NCBI RefSeq assembly: GCF_000485595.1
Contig: NW_014577063.1
Coordinates: 1,249,590-1,303,195, forward strand
Reading direction: 5' to 3'
DNA: 53,606 nucleotides
DNA from: Priapulus caudatus
Taxonomy: Eukaryota
The notes under the pieces were generated by a model, which saw nothing but the letters and a program-made list of their open reading frames with translations, was not told where the DNA came from and did no database searches. Shown here piece by piece: positions 1 to 11,643 of the stretch (its first letter is position 1; every line of letters begins with the position of its first letter). A program made the translations under genes and the position numbers.

Positions 1-13
1 TACTCTACTCTCG

Positions 14-102
<89 letters not shown>

Positions 103-148
103 TTCTCACTATCTCTCTCTTTCTCTCTCTCTCTCTCTATATATATAT
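1..148. repeat. (CT)n microsatellite followed by short (TA)n
   Basis: Directly visible dinucleotide runs at the window start. Confidence 0.97.
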
Positions 149-537
149 TACCCATTTGGATTTTATAGTCGCTAGCGTTCGTCGCTGCCACATATTATCT
201 CATGGTCCCGCACAAATTCTTCATTTGTTTCAACTGATCGGTTCTTTCGTTGACGATTCACATTTTCCAAGCCCGGTTTTCACTTTAAATTCTACGTATT
301 CAGATGTGCACCGCTCTTCCATTTTGCATCCTGTGAACAAACACCAATTCTACGTGTGGGTCCTCGGCCGAATGCGCCGACCTCTCAAGATCCACTATCT
401 ACGTATATGGCGCATACGTACCTCACGGTTCCTTATTCGTGGTCTACTAAGATCTTATAACGTGCCACGTGCCCCGCTGTGTGTAGGGCCTATTCGAGAA
501 ATTGCAAATGTATACGGCATTGACATCCCGCAGTTTC

Positions 538-775
538 ATGTTGTGTTATGTTATGTTATGTCATGTTGTGTTATGTTGTGTTATGTTATGTTATGTTATG
601 TTATGTTATGTTATGTTATGTTATGTTATGTTATGTTATGTTATGTTATGTTACGTTACGTTACGTTACGTTACGTTACGTTACGTTACGTTGCGTTACG
701 TTACGTTACGTTACGTTACGTTGCGTTAGGTTACGTTGCGTTACGTTACGTTACGTTACGTTACGTTATGTTATG
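538..775. repeat. (GTTAT)n grading into (GTTAC)n pentanucleotide microsatellite
   Basis: Visible pentamer array; it explains the MLCYV/TLRYV ORFs at 156-911. Confidence 0.97.
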
Positions 776-937
776 TGAGGGCAACCCCAAACTGTCAAAC
801 CCTTTCCAAATAGATTGCCGTCGTTCCGCACGCGACCTAGTGATACGAGTGCCTAGTTGCCTACGAGTGGCTAAGGTTTTTATTGAAGAAGGACACTTGC
901 CAATGCGTTGATGCTCGCCCCTCTACATACCGTATAT

Positions 938-1147
938 CAGTGGTTCTTAACCTGCTTTGAGTCATGGACCCTTTGAGAATTTGGCGAAAGCTACGGCCCT
1001 TTCCCCAGAAAAAGTGCACATAAACACATAAATCCAAAATTTTGCATACAATGTGGTTCACGGACCCGTACACGAACCCATAATGAAGCCCATACACGAA
1101 CCCATAAAGGAGTCCATGGACGGTGGACCACAAGTTAAGAACCCCTA
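938..1147. mobile_element. hAT (Charlie-like) non-autonomous MITE
   Basis: TIRs CAGTGGTTCTTAACCT ... AAGTTAAGAACCCCTA. Flanking 8-mers CCGTATAT / CCCTAAAT match 6/8, like a degenerate hAT TSD. Internal 12-bp CACGAACCCATA repeats. Confidence 0.75.
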
Positions 1148-2194
1148 CCCTAAATACATTCCTTGCACAAGCAACACCATGACGTATCAGGCGTTATAGT
1201 GTTCCAGTCATTATATACAACGCTCGCTTTGACACGATCGTAATAGGGATCCGCGTGATGCTCCGAGCTTTCCCGATTGTAGTTTCGTGTCAGTATTGTA
1301 TTCATTGACACGTGTCCACGTAAGTCATTCAAGCGATCACGCTGTGCCCATTCATTCACGGTCTGTATCATTTACTAGGTACTATGACCCTATTCTTAAC
1401 AACGTTGGATCTATGTAAACAGAATAGAAGCGCACCGTTTGAATAATTGTGTACTAAACGATAGTCACACACTACTAGCATGTTTCAGTGACATCTCAGG
1501 ACTGGAGACTTAAGCTAGGTGTTCTGCGAAATAGACTCCTGAGTTTCCAAAAAAATTCAGCCAACAAGAGGATGTGTTGATAGCCATTGACCATTACGAA
1601 CTGTTTTATCACACCCAGTTCATTTCCCCTGTATATCCGTATCATGCATATTCAAGTCAAATAAATTCAATGCGATTTCCAACCTTTCATAAATAATAAA
1701 TTGATAATCATTGATCAACAACCTTGCAAGCGCTCAAGTGGATGATGGCACGAATAACTTTACATCAATGGCTTCACGTATTAATTACGTTTTAAACAAG
1801 ACTAGCTTCACTATTCGGCTTTGATGTAAATTTGATATAAAGGCAATTAAGGTAAATGTTACGAAACTGTGTTTTTATAACGGAAATTACATCGCTCGAG
1901 TTAATGTCAGTGTAAAAAAAAACATATAAACGAAGAGTTGTCCATTGCTAAAATTGCGAAATTTGTTAAAAGTAAAATTCAGATGAAATGCACATATTTG
2001 TAGAGAAATGCACACGGATAACGCTGCGCAATGCTTCTATGGCATGGGGATATAGGATTGTCATCAATCTAGCATGTAGGGTTTGTGTTTCATCAATAGC
2101 GTCTGTACTACAATTAATCACTGAACCATTCGGAGAGCTTAAGTAACAACGTATACATCGTATGACTAATTATAAATAAATAAATAAATAAATG

Positions 2195-2233
<39 letters not shown>

Positions 2234-2453
2234 TAAGTGTATAAAAATGATATATATGTATAAAAATGATATATGATAAATGATAAAATGATATGCCTAT
2301 ATGTATAAAAATGATTCTCATTTAACTTTACGTTGAGTGATACAGATGAGATCGGATAAAACTGTGTTCATTTCACGTAGTTGTTTATTTGAACAGTATA
2401 TCAGTTCCAATGGCTAGAAGACAAGATACGTCGAATAATTATAAAGTTCCATT

Positions 2454-2615
2454 AGTGAGTGAGTGAGTGAGTGAGGGAGTGAGTGAGTGAGTGATGAGTG
2501 AGCGCAGCGACGAGTGAGTGAGTGAGTGAGTGAGTGATGGTGAGTGAGTGAGTGAGTGAGTGAGTGAGTGAGTGAGTGAGTGAGTGAGTGAGTGAGTGAG
2601 TGAGTGAGTGAGTGA
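2454..2615. repeat. (GAGT)n tetranucleotide microsatellite
   Basis: Visible array just upstream of the exon at 2664. Confidence 0.97.
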
Positions 2616-2663
2616 GGTGCGAGGTAACAGCTTAATAATGTGCGCACATCCATCTATATACAG

Positions 2664-2898
2664 GCATCGTCATCACCAGCACGACAGACGTGCGCGTGTT
2701 CGGCTTGAACAGGCAGTCCTACTCATCGGACGCGTTCGTCGCTGTTCCGGTGCGCTCGCTCGGCACCGCCTACGTGCTGCCGTCCTTTCCCGCGGGAGAC
2801 AAGCACGGCTGCTCGCAGCTCGCCATCGTCGGCGTCGTCAACGACACTATCGTCAACGTCACGATCCCCGCCGGCGGCAGCGTGATGTACGAGGACAG
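2664..2898 (+). CDS. Internal exon of an IgGFc-binding protein-like (FCGBP N-terminal domain) gene
   Basis: Acceptor TATACAG at 2657-2663 and donor AG|GTAGGT at 2899 (phases 1 and 2). Translation (G)IVITSTTDVRVFGLNRQSYSSDAFVAVPVRSLGTAYVLPSFPAGDKHGCSQLAIVGVVNDTIVNVTIPAGGSVMYEDR fits the IgGFc_binding pattern GIxIxS..VxVxGxN....SSDAFxxxPVxxLGxxY...SQxxIV. GC-rich codons. Confidence 0.88.
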
Positions 2899-2916
2899 GT
2901 AGGTAGAAGGCATGCT

Positions 2917-3492
2917 GGGACTGAGGCAGGTTGAGACTGAGGCAGGTTGAGACTGAATCAGGTTGAGACTGATGGCAAATGCGAACTGGACGACGCAGAT
3001 GAACACAGCAAGTTGAGACTGCAAGCAAGTTGAGACTTTAGGCAGGTTGCGGACTGAGGCAGGTTGAGACTGAAGCAGGTTGAGACTGAAGCAGGTTGGG
3101 ACTGAGGCAGGTTGAGACTGAAGCAGGTTGAGACTGAGGCAGGTTGGGACTGAGGCAGGTTGAGACTGAGGCAAGTTGAGAGTGAGGCAGGTTGAGACTG
3201 AAGCAGGTTGAGACTGAAGCAGGTTGAGACGGAAGCAGGATGAGACTGAGGCAGGTTGGGATGAGGGCAGTTGAGAGCTGAGCAAGTTGAGAGGAGGCAG
3301 GTTGGGACTGAGGCAGTTTTTTTTTTTGAGACTGAGGTACTTGAGACTGAAGCAGGTTCGAGACTGAAGCAGGTTGCGGACGAAGCAGGTTGATACTGAA
3401 GCAGTGATTGAGAAGGTGAGAAGAGAACTGACGGAAAATTGAGACTGAGCAGGCATAAAATGAGGCAGGTGAGACTGAGGCAAGTGAGACCT
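2917..3492. repeat. 16-bp minisatellite (GTTGAGACTGAGGCAG)n
   Basis: Roughly 30 visible, partly degenerate copies; source of the QSQPASVSTC ORFs. Confidence 0.95.
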
Positions 3493-3544
3493 ATAAGCAA
3501 GTTGAGCTGGCAGGCTTGATACGCGTACAAGTTGGTTGCGAATG

Positions 3545-3818
3545 GGCGTGACGTCGACGCATGCAGCTAGTTACGTCACCGCGTCATCTGCGAGCAGACG
3601 ACGTCGCTGGGCTGCGGGTCGACAGCAAGGCGCTGAAGACGCTGACGAAGGCGACGGAGACGACGACCGCGGCGACGAGAGGAGACGAGACATCGTTGCG
3701 TTGGCAAGTCGCTTGGTCGTGCACGTGCGACGCAGCGCGCGGCAGTTCGTCGCGTCGACACCTAAGTCGCTGCGGGCCGCACGACGTCAGTAGCGTGGAC
3801 GCGGCGCGACGTTCGCGA
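3545..3818 (+). CDS. Frameshifted exon encoding the late part of the IgGFc-binding domain
   Basis: Frame-hopping translation gives SYVT..VI..RADDVAGLRVDSKAL...W...QFVAST...GPHDVSSVDA(G)ATFA(G). This resembles the NYVxIVI..GLxLDG..W..GxHxxxH..xxF end of the domain and leads into the GFSYG exon at 4830. Several indels; boundaries approximate. Confidence 0.55.
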
Positions 3819-4829
3819 GTCTAAGCCTAAGGACACACTAGCGATTCTTACGTGACCGGCACGTACAGGTCGCTCACGGAATTTACGAACAGCCGACGAG
3901 TGGTGGACAGCACTGTAACGGTGTCCAACACTTGTCCAACGGCCCTGTCCCTGGCTTTCGTTGCTACACTTTGAATTGGCGCCTACAAACAATAACGCGT
4001 TCGACACGATGGGGGGGGGTGGGGGGGGGCGGGGGGGGGGATTCATTGCTGTCGCGCTGGCCTAGCTGGTGCCAACTCACGACAATTGGCGCTCTCGCCT
4101 GGCTCAATTCTACCACTGCCACAAGCTGATTTTCCTATAAGATTCTTACGTTTTTACTATAAGTTGTTACAGCGACGCCCGTTACTCCTGTCCTATGTAA
4201 TACGGTGTGAACTTTAAAAGCTGCAAAGATAATAAAGTCGGACCTATTATTTCATGAGAATTGAGATAAAATAGTGATAACGAAATATGCGCCAATTTAC
4301 GTACTTTCAAATCATTAACGGCTGTTTAATAACTGAGTTACGTATTTATCATGAATTTCGGGATGCTTGCCAATATACCTAATTCCGAAACCAATTGTCT
4401 TGAATACATGTTTTGCGTATTCAGTTAAGAACATCTAAATTTGTCAGCCAACAACTACATGCAAATCATGAAATTTCTAATGTTTTGTTCAGTGGCAGAC
4501 TTCGCGCGCGTTGGCTTGCCTTTGCTGGATTCCCGGCGCTCGGCCCACTGTTAAAAATAGTGCTAGCATTGTGGCGTGGTTATCCTGAGTGTGGGAAGGG
4601 GGCGGCTGCATGGCAGTTTGACCTGTGAAAGCGCAATGCAATGCGCATGCGCCGTACGCAAGCGGTGCGTAAATATTAAACATGCTGAATGCGAGCGATC
4701 AGCGCGGCCGTATGGGAAATCGCTTGTGGCGAAATACGCTGGTGACGTGAGACCGGACACACCGCGCGGACCCGCACCGTATTTATCGATCGCAAGCGCC
4801 AGCGTAGAAAATCGCACAGTGTGTTCTAG

Positions 4830-5046
4830 GCTTTAGCTACGGCTACGACAAATACGAGTCGTACGGATATCCAGCCGGATTCAGACTGACTCCGATCGCC
4901 GCGCGTCAAAACCGACACCCCCGGTAGCCGGCGACGGAGTAGATAACGACTTGATGGGTTAGTCGACGAAGAGCTACAGGATGATGTCGACAACGATGGC
5001 GATGGACTTTTATGATGAAGACTTCGATAGCGCACGGCTTGTTCTG
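4830..5046 (+). CDS. Exon encoding the IgGFc-binding domain end plus an acidic DGxDNDxDG putative metal-binding motif (about 3 apparent frameshifts)
   Basis: Acceptor TTCTAG at 4824-4829. Reads (G)FSYGYDKYESYGYPAGFRLTPI, then with frameshifts KPTPPVAGDGVDND-DGLVDEELQDDVDNDGDGL-DEDF. Donor CTG|GTAGGC at 5047. Confidence 0.75.
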
Positions 5047-5233
5047 GTAGGCGCACCGTTTAGCAACAGATCTGTGCAAATAACGAGAGAAATACTATAT
5101 CTTTCGTATGTCTGCGTTGTACGCGGCTTGGCTTTGGTAGGCACGACGTTGTCAAATATTGCGTTTGAAATTTACGTCACTCTAATTAAGTGCGTGCGCA
5201 AAGTGCAAGCAGCTATATTGCGCAGTAAGTAGT

Positions 5234-7083
5234 ATGAAAATTGGTACACTTGCATACTTTTGTATGCTCTTTCATTTTGCGTTTTCGGCCGCCATCTTGA
5301 ATACGAAAATGGCCGCCGTCATTTCTTAAAAAATAGCTATATCTCGGTTAATAATCTTCGTACAGACTTGAAAATTGACGACAGACGTAATTTGGGTTAC
5401 TATTTCATAAACAACGTGATGCATGTGATCCAAGGCGTTTCGCCACCATCTAATTCAAAATGGCCGCGTCATTCTTAAAAATAGCTATATTTTGTTAATA
5501 ATCTTCGTACAGACTTGAAATTTACTGACAGACGTAATTTGGTTACTATTTTATACAACAACGTGATTATGTTGATCCAAGGGCGTTTTCGGCCACCATT
5601 TGGATTCAAAATGGCCCCATAAAAATTACAAACTTAGCAATATTCCGTTCACGGAAGATATAGAACGTGAAAATTGTGCAGACTGGCGCGGATTAATACC
5701 AGCCGGCCAGTCGACACGTGCCGTATCCAACACGCGTTGAAACGATGAAAACACGCATTTATCGTGGAGTTCTAAACCACGCATTTTCAACGTGCCTTCT
5801 TCAGCAACGCTACGTGTACACAAGCAGTTCAAACTCACGCGCGCGAGCAGCAGCCACGCAGCACATAACACAGATAGCTATATAGCCCGGAAACGCACGC
5901 ACATAACAGAAGCTATATACGCGCGCGAGCACGCACATACATAACAGATTATCTATATCGCCCGCGCAGACGCACACGCGCATAACAGAAGCTATATACG
6001 CCCGCGAGAACGCACGCACATAACAGATACCTATACGCCTGCGAGAACGCACGCACGCACATAACAATAGCTATATACGCGCGCGATCACGCACGCACAT
6101 AACAGGTCCTATACCGCCGCGAGAACGCGACGCACCACATAACAGATAGCTATATACGCGCGCAAGCACGCACGAACATAACAGATAGCTATATACGCGC
6201 GCGAGCACGCACGCACATAACAGATACCTATACGCCCGCGAGAACGCACGAACATAACACATACTATACTGTACATACAAGTACTATATTTGTGTTTGTG
6301 CAGGTACATGTTACCGGCACTGAGTGACAATCTGCGACAACATTGTGACAATGCAGCGAGACATTTGTTTAACTTGAACAATAGTATTATTTAGTTGCCA
6401 TGTATTTCTTGTGTACTTTATACTACAACTTGTTGTCTTGAATTATCTCTCTCTCACACTGGGGATTGCCAGTTTGGCATTGTGTTTGTTATATACTGAG
6501 AAAAACCGGTAATTCAACATTTTCGCCATCTGTTATACTATGTCAGTGATCATTTTGAAGTACAGAGTAAAATTTGATGGCGGCCATGTTGAATTTAATA
6601 TGGCCGCTGTAATTATAATTGGAACTTGTGTTTCTTGTTTTAATATGAAAGAGCCTTATTTAACCTGCGATGCGCAGCGCAAATTTCACGTCGTCGGTAT
6701 ATCTTCGTGAACGGAAAAATTGCTTAAGTTTGAGTTAATCAAGATTGGTGCAAAAACGGTCCTTGGCTCAATGCAGAATACGTAATTTGGGTATTTTATA
6801 CAACACGTGATATCACGTTTTGTATAAAATAGTAATAGCGCCAAAAGTACGTCTGCTCAGTTCATATTTTGCAAAGTCTGTACGAAGATTATTAACGAGA
6901 TATAGCAATTTTTTAAAGAAATGACGGGCGGCCATTTTAATTCAAGATGCGGCGCCGAAGTTGTAGTTGATCTGCGTGTTCTTTTTTAAAATTAAAGGAG
7001 CATACAAAAGTATGCAAGTGTACAATTTCAGCACTTTTTTCACAATTTGAACGATTTTGATGGTATTCTGACCTAACCGACTG
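5234..7083. mobile_element. Non-autonomous DNA element with long degenerate inverted arms and an internal minisatellite
   Basis: 5235-5420 is the reverse complement of ~6810-7030 (e.g. GTACACTTGCATACTTTTGTATGCTC), and 5625-5680 of ~6675-6735. The left arm contains a ~150-bp tandem duplication. The left terminus and TSD are not resolved. Confidence 0.65.
5863..6260. repeat. ~39-bp minisatellite (CATAACAGATAGCTATATACGCGCGCGAGCACGCACGCA)n
   Basis: About 10 visible copies. Confidence 0.9.
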
Positions 7084-7156
7084 TACTGTATATATATATA
7101 GTGATTTATAGTGATCTTATAGTTATCAGTGATTATAGGGATTGTGCATCAATCCA

Positions 7157-7325
7157 ACTGATCTCTATAATATAATATTATATTATAATATATTATAATA
7201 ATATATAATTATAATTAATATATAATTATATAATATATATATAACTAGATTATTTATATAATATATATTATATATATAATTAATTATATTATATATAATT
7301 ATAATAATATATTATAGAGATCAGT
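7157..7325. mobile_element. Short inverted-repeat element with an almost pure A/T core
   Basis: ACTGATCTCTATAAT ... ATTATAGAGATCAGT flank ~140 nt that are nearly all A/T. Confidence 0.6.
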
Positions 7326-7423
7326 GATCAATCCTCTGATTAAAGGAAGTCTGTGCACAGTGGGTGTACACAGAAATCTGTGCCATCACATTCGTGATAC
7401 CTGAGGTGCCTAAAGTGGACTTT

Positions 7424-7645
7424 GCACCCATTCACAAATACTACCTCCCTCAATTACACTTCACTGATTGTGTCACTGTATATTCAATCTTTGCTTTCAC
7501 AAAAACTAATGCAGACTAGCGCGCCCCCGCCCTCGCCGTGGCAAATAGAGGCCGGCTAGTTCTGGCATTAGTTTTTGTGAAGCAAGTTGTTTACAGTGAC
7601 ACCACAGTGGAAGTTGTAATTGAGGGGTAGTATTTGTGAATGTGC
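7424..7645. mobile_element. Fold-back (hairpin) MITE-like element
   Basis: ~95-bp arms CATTCACAAATACTACC...CACAAAAACTAATGCAGACTAGC / GCTAGTTCTGGCATTAGTTTTTGTG...GGTAGTATTTGTGAATG around a GC-rich loop. Confidence 0.7.
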
Positions 7646-9306
7646 GTTCATATTATTTTCAGTATTTACCTGACTCTGTCCCAAAGTAGCCTGTGGATGT
7701 AGGCCTAAAGCGGCGGACACGCTACGCGGTTTATTCGGCAACGACCGCAGCGACCTGCGGATCTGATGGCGCAGCGAAATGCGCATATAGTGTGTCTCCC
7801 TGCTTCACAACCGAGGCTCTTCCACATCACGCGATCGCGTGAAACTGGATGCGATAACTAACACACTACTTGCACATAACTCGTTCGCCTATCATAATAT
7901 CAGAGGTTATAATAAAAATTTGTCATTGTCCATTTGTCATATGACAATTTGTCATCTTAATCCACCACTGATAATATTCATATCGCGCGCGGTAAAGAAA
8001 GTTACTCGGAAGCAGTATAGAAACGTCTAGTTAGTTGTGAGATTGTGATCAGTGTCGATTGTGTCAATGTGTTGAAGCCTAGACAGATATTTTTAGTCGG
8101 ATACGAAACGGGATGTTGGTTTTTAGCTGGCGATTAGTATTACGGCCATTTTGTTATCACATGGCTAGTCGTTTGAACGCGGTTCGGTTATATACGCTCG
8201 CGGTATTCGTTTCGTGGCATAGCTAATCCCGAGTAGTTTATATGGTGATCCATCGTGTGTTACCTGCGAAGCAAACACCAGACGGTCGTAGCTTGCGTTA
8301 GAGAATGTGTGCTCTGTATCATACAAACATGCCCAGCGCGTAAAGCAACAGATGCCAGTATGCACGTGTGTACTTGATTACGCCGCGTGCTAAGGTGTAC
8401 GTACCGTGCGAGTATATTGTGTGTATAAGAATCACGGCGTTGATCTTAATTAATATGTGTGCATTCGCTCGACGAGCCGCACCTCGACCAAAGTGGTCCT
8501 AAGGCATACGGGCTGAATCGGTTATTCATTATAGTATACTACGTTGTAAATTTTGTAATTTACAATGGGCGGATGCTAATTATTTGTTTGCCAATTTAGA
8601 ATCCCTACGACTTGATTTCACACAAGTTATCACATATACTATATCGTTGAATGCCATTGTGTGAAATGTGTGTACCGACTGTTCCGATCGAAGGGCTAAA
8701 AACACCAGATAGTTTATTTATTGATGTCGTTTTCATATCATCACTGCAATTCACGTGTGGCGCGTAATATGACCTCTATCCCGTAATGCCAGTTATGCTG
8801 AACTATGCTAAAATGTTGACATCTACTCTATAAGGACATATACTCTATTAGGTTGATTGAATGTGGCGTTCGTACATTGTATAATAGTCTGAGTAGTATC
8901 GCTTTACGGTCATATTTATACGGGAAGCGCAGTAGGCATCATATATCGCCATCACGGAAGGCAGCATGTACGGTCATGTGAGAGGTAATCATCAATTGTA
9001 TATACGGTTCGAAGCTTCGTTTTGTAAGCTGTGGGACGACATTATTTAAGAATTGGCTATATTCGAATTATATATTTACAATAAAAAATATAAATAAACG
9101 TTTTTGCTAATAAAGCATACGATCTCATGTTGTTTTCGTACATATATTCGGCGAAGGACGCTAGGACGTATGTTACGTGTATGTTAAGCGATTGTTTCCC
9201 ACGACATCGACGGGTCACCTTTCAAATACTGTAATAATTTTCGCAAAAACCCAACATGCAAGTAAATCAAACGCCATATTTACCAAAAATGCGCCATTTA
9301 ACTTAG

Positions 9307-9559
9307 TTCCGAGCTCCGCCGCTACGCGTCCGTGCGAGGTTTGGCACGAGCAGCGCTAAATTGCGTAGTATTGGCCGGTCTGTTCGACGTTCCATCTGCC
9401 ATCGGTATGTTCAAGGAACGGCAGCGGGCGTGGCAGCGCGGCGGCACAGTTTTCCAGAACTTCGGATACCTTAATGCTCGAGATACTGTGCGTCTTGATT
9501 AAGAACTCTGAGGTCGGTTCGAGCGAGTCCATTTTCGATCGGCTCGCAGACGATGACGA
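9307..9559 (+). CDS. Possible indel-riddled exon of a C-type lectin-like domain, truncated by a gap
   Basis: GC-rich block after TTAACTTAG. Frame-hopping gives RPCEV.WHEQ..NC..YW....MFKE....RGG....LIKNSEVGSSESIF(IG)LAD, reminiscent of the C..GW..CY..A..C..GG..IGL pattern. Several frameshifts are needed. Confidence 0.3.
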
Positions 9560-9584
9560 NNNNNNNNNNNNNNNNNNNNNNNNN

Positions 9585-10040
9585 AGATGAGATAGACGAG
9601 AGATGTGATGAGAGAGAACGAGAGACAGAAGAGGTATGATCTAGGACGAGAAACACTGAGACGACAGACAGTAAGAAGGAGAGAGAGAGAGAGGAGAGGA
9701 TGGTGAGACGAGAGAGAGAGAAGGGAGAGCCTCGATAGCGAGGAGGAGAGAGAACGAGAGGGACGAAGAGAGAGTACAGCAGAGAGGGGAGAGTAGAAAA
9801 AAAAGTAAAGAGACTGAGAGCCGCGGCGGAGAGCAGGAGAGAGACGAGAGCGCGAGAGGAGAGAGAGCGAGCAGAGGATAAAGAAAGAGAGAGAGACGAA
9901 TCGTGAGGCCAGATGTGGATGGTGAGAGAGTGAGAGAGAGAGAGTGATGGAGAGAAGAGAAGGAGAAAGAGAGAGAGGGAGAGTGAGAGGAGAGAGAGAG
10001 AAGAGGAGAGGAGAGAGAGAGAGGAGAGAGAGAGAGAGGA
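9585..10040. repeat. Degenerate (GA)n tract next to the 25-N gap at 9560-9584
   Basis: Purine-rich GA run with scattered interruptions. Confidence 0.9.
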
Positions 10041-11096
10041 TCGCGCGTTTCATGTAAGGCATCGCGCAGGCGTTGCCTGAAATATATGTTATTTAGCCTG
10101 CAGATAGTGTTAGGAAACAAAAGACCTAGATGTTAGTAAGTACAACGGAAGGTACGTGTGAATTCTCGTAGCTAATCGTGAATACAGTGTGACGTGGCAG
10201 TGGCCCACGTCGCCTAGCATGGCCCAATTAATACCACCTAGCTTACACACATGTATAAGCCTTACAATATGTTACCAGCGAGGGTCCTAATTATCAATAC
10301 TATATAGATTTATTAATCATATAATAGATGATCACAAATATAATAGAACTGTATGAAATTATTTATTTGAATTTGGTTGCATTTTATAAAATTTAAATGT
10401 AATAAAGTGTTCTCTGCTCCCCATTAATAGGCCGCATCCTTTTCTCAGCATATTCTTAAGCTTCTCACCTAGTTACACTCAGGTATATGGTGCAAAGACT
10501 GGCACAATGTTGAGCTTAAAAGGATATCAAGTATCTGACTAAAGCACACATTCCTTTAGGTCGAAGTTATGAAACTAAACGTCACGACACATGTTCATTC
10601 TGTCAGGTAGCGAGAGCTTGCATGAATTGATTGATAAAGTACCCATCACAAGGCCCTCACTAAATAACTACGAATTATTGCCTCGTATCCATTGGCCGCT
10701 ATGACTGATTGCATAGGAGCAGGAACACTTTATATATTCCTGGGCGACCTTCCATAGATAGATGTGGTTCCAGCTCTCAATACAATAATTGCTAGGTAAC
10801 TATATATATCAACGCACATGGTTCAGACAAACTTGGTATCTCTCGTGTTAATTAAATTTTTATTACAAGTTTTTAAAATAATCGGGTCAATCTATTTACT
10901 TAAATACATTGACACTAAGAGTCTAAATATTATGTGTTCATGGGTTAGACAGCATTCACACGTGTGACCTCTAACGATCAGCAATTCTTGAAAATCCGGC
11001 ACGAGCCAGGTGCCAGGGATTCCGAGATATGAGTGGTTCAACTGTCAACTGATATAACTGTTTCTCCGTGTCACTGCACTCGTTAGTCATGCTTAC

Positions 11097-11220
11097 CTGA
11101 CAGAAGCATCTACGTCGTCTCCTGCGACAATCCAGAGGTGGGATTCTACCTCCCGATGGAACGCGTCATTTTCCAAGTAAGCCAAGATAAAATATTTCCC
11201 CTTCACGTCCGGGACTTCAT
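11097..11220 (-). CDS. Exon 2 of an IgGFc-binding protein-like gene (start of the domain)
   Basis: Minus-strand acceptor AACTTCAG and donor CAG|GTAAGC; 124 bp, phases 1 and 2. Translation (D)EVPDVKGKYFILAYLENDAFHREVESHLWIVAGDDVDASV(R) fits the D.KG.xFIxxxxEN start of FCGBP-like domains. Not in the ORF track. Confidence 0.78.
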
Positions 11221-11582
11221 CTGAAGTTATTGCGACACATAAATTAAAGGGGTTCATCATTCTTAACCCTCTCTTGCTGTTTGCTGTTTCTCCAAGCTAT
11301 AATTGGAGCATCTTAAGTGAGCAAAAAGGCGGGATCGATTGAAAAACTCGACAAACCCGAATTGATTTCCGAAAAAGAAGACTAAATTCCCGAATTCAAC
11401 CCATACCAGAGAGATAACAAGATGATTATCTATCAACATTTATATCTACCATTATATATCTACCATTTGCTGCGCGATACGTTTCGCTAACGTGACGGCG
11501 TATATATACGAAGTTGCTCGTTTGCCGCAGTGTTCTTTGTAAAAAAAAAATGTATCAAAATATGTAATCTGCGTAGACGTAC

Positions 11583-11643
11583 CGGAATTACTGCTAACGT
11601 ATATGACGAGTGTCATCACGACCATGACTGTCAGATCACACAT
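11583..11643 (-). CDS. First coding exon (signal peptide) of the same IgGFc-binding protein-like gene
   Basis: ATG at 11643. MCDLTVMVVMTLVIYVSSNS is a hydrophobic leader, followed by a phase-1 donor G|GTACGT that is frame-compatible with the exon at 11097-11220. Confidence 0.65.

Noticed and set aside
156..911. 251-aa ORF
   Set aside because: Non-ATG start, extended by a pentamer microsatellite, and no recognisable domain.
1150..1371. 73-aa minus-strand ORF
   Set aside because: No recognisable similarity and no convincing splice sites.
2770..3530. Long minus-strand ORFs (237 and 190 aa)
   Set aside because: Translations of the 16-bp minisatellite.
4010..4041. Poly-G run with G-quadruplex potential
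   Set aside because: A homopolymer in an error-prone region; no specific evidence of function.
5863..6260. Regular ~39-bp repeats suggestive of a CRISPR array
   Set aside because: Head-to-tail repeats without unique spacers, a eukaryotic context, and no cas genes.
10040..10090. Minus-strand acceptor ATATTTCAG as a candidate FCGBP-like exon 3
   Set aside because: Only ~40 nt before the CT tract, and no domain match in any frame.
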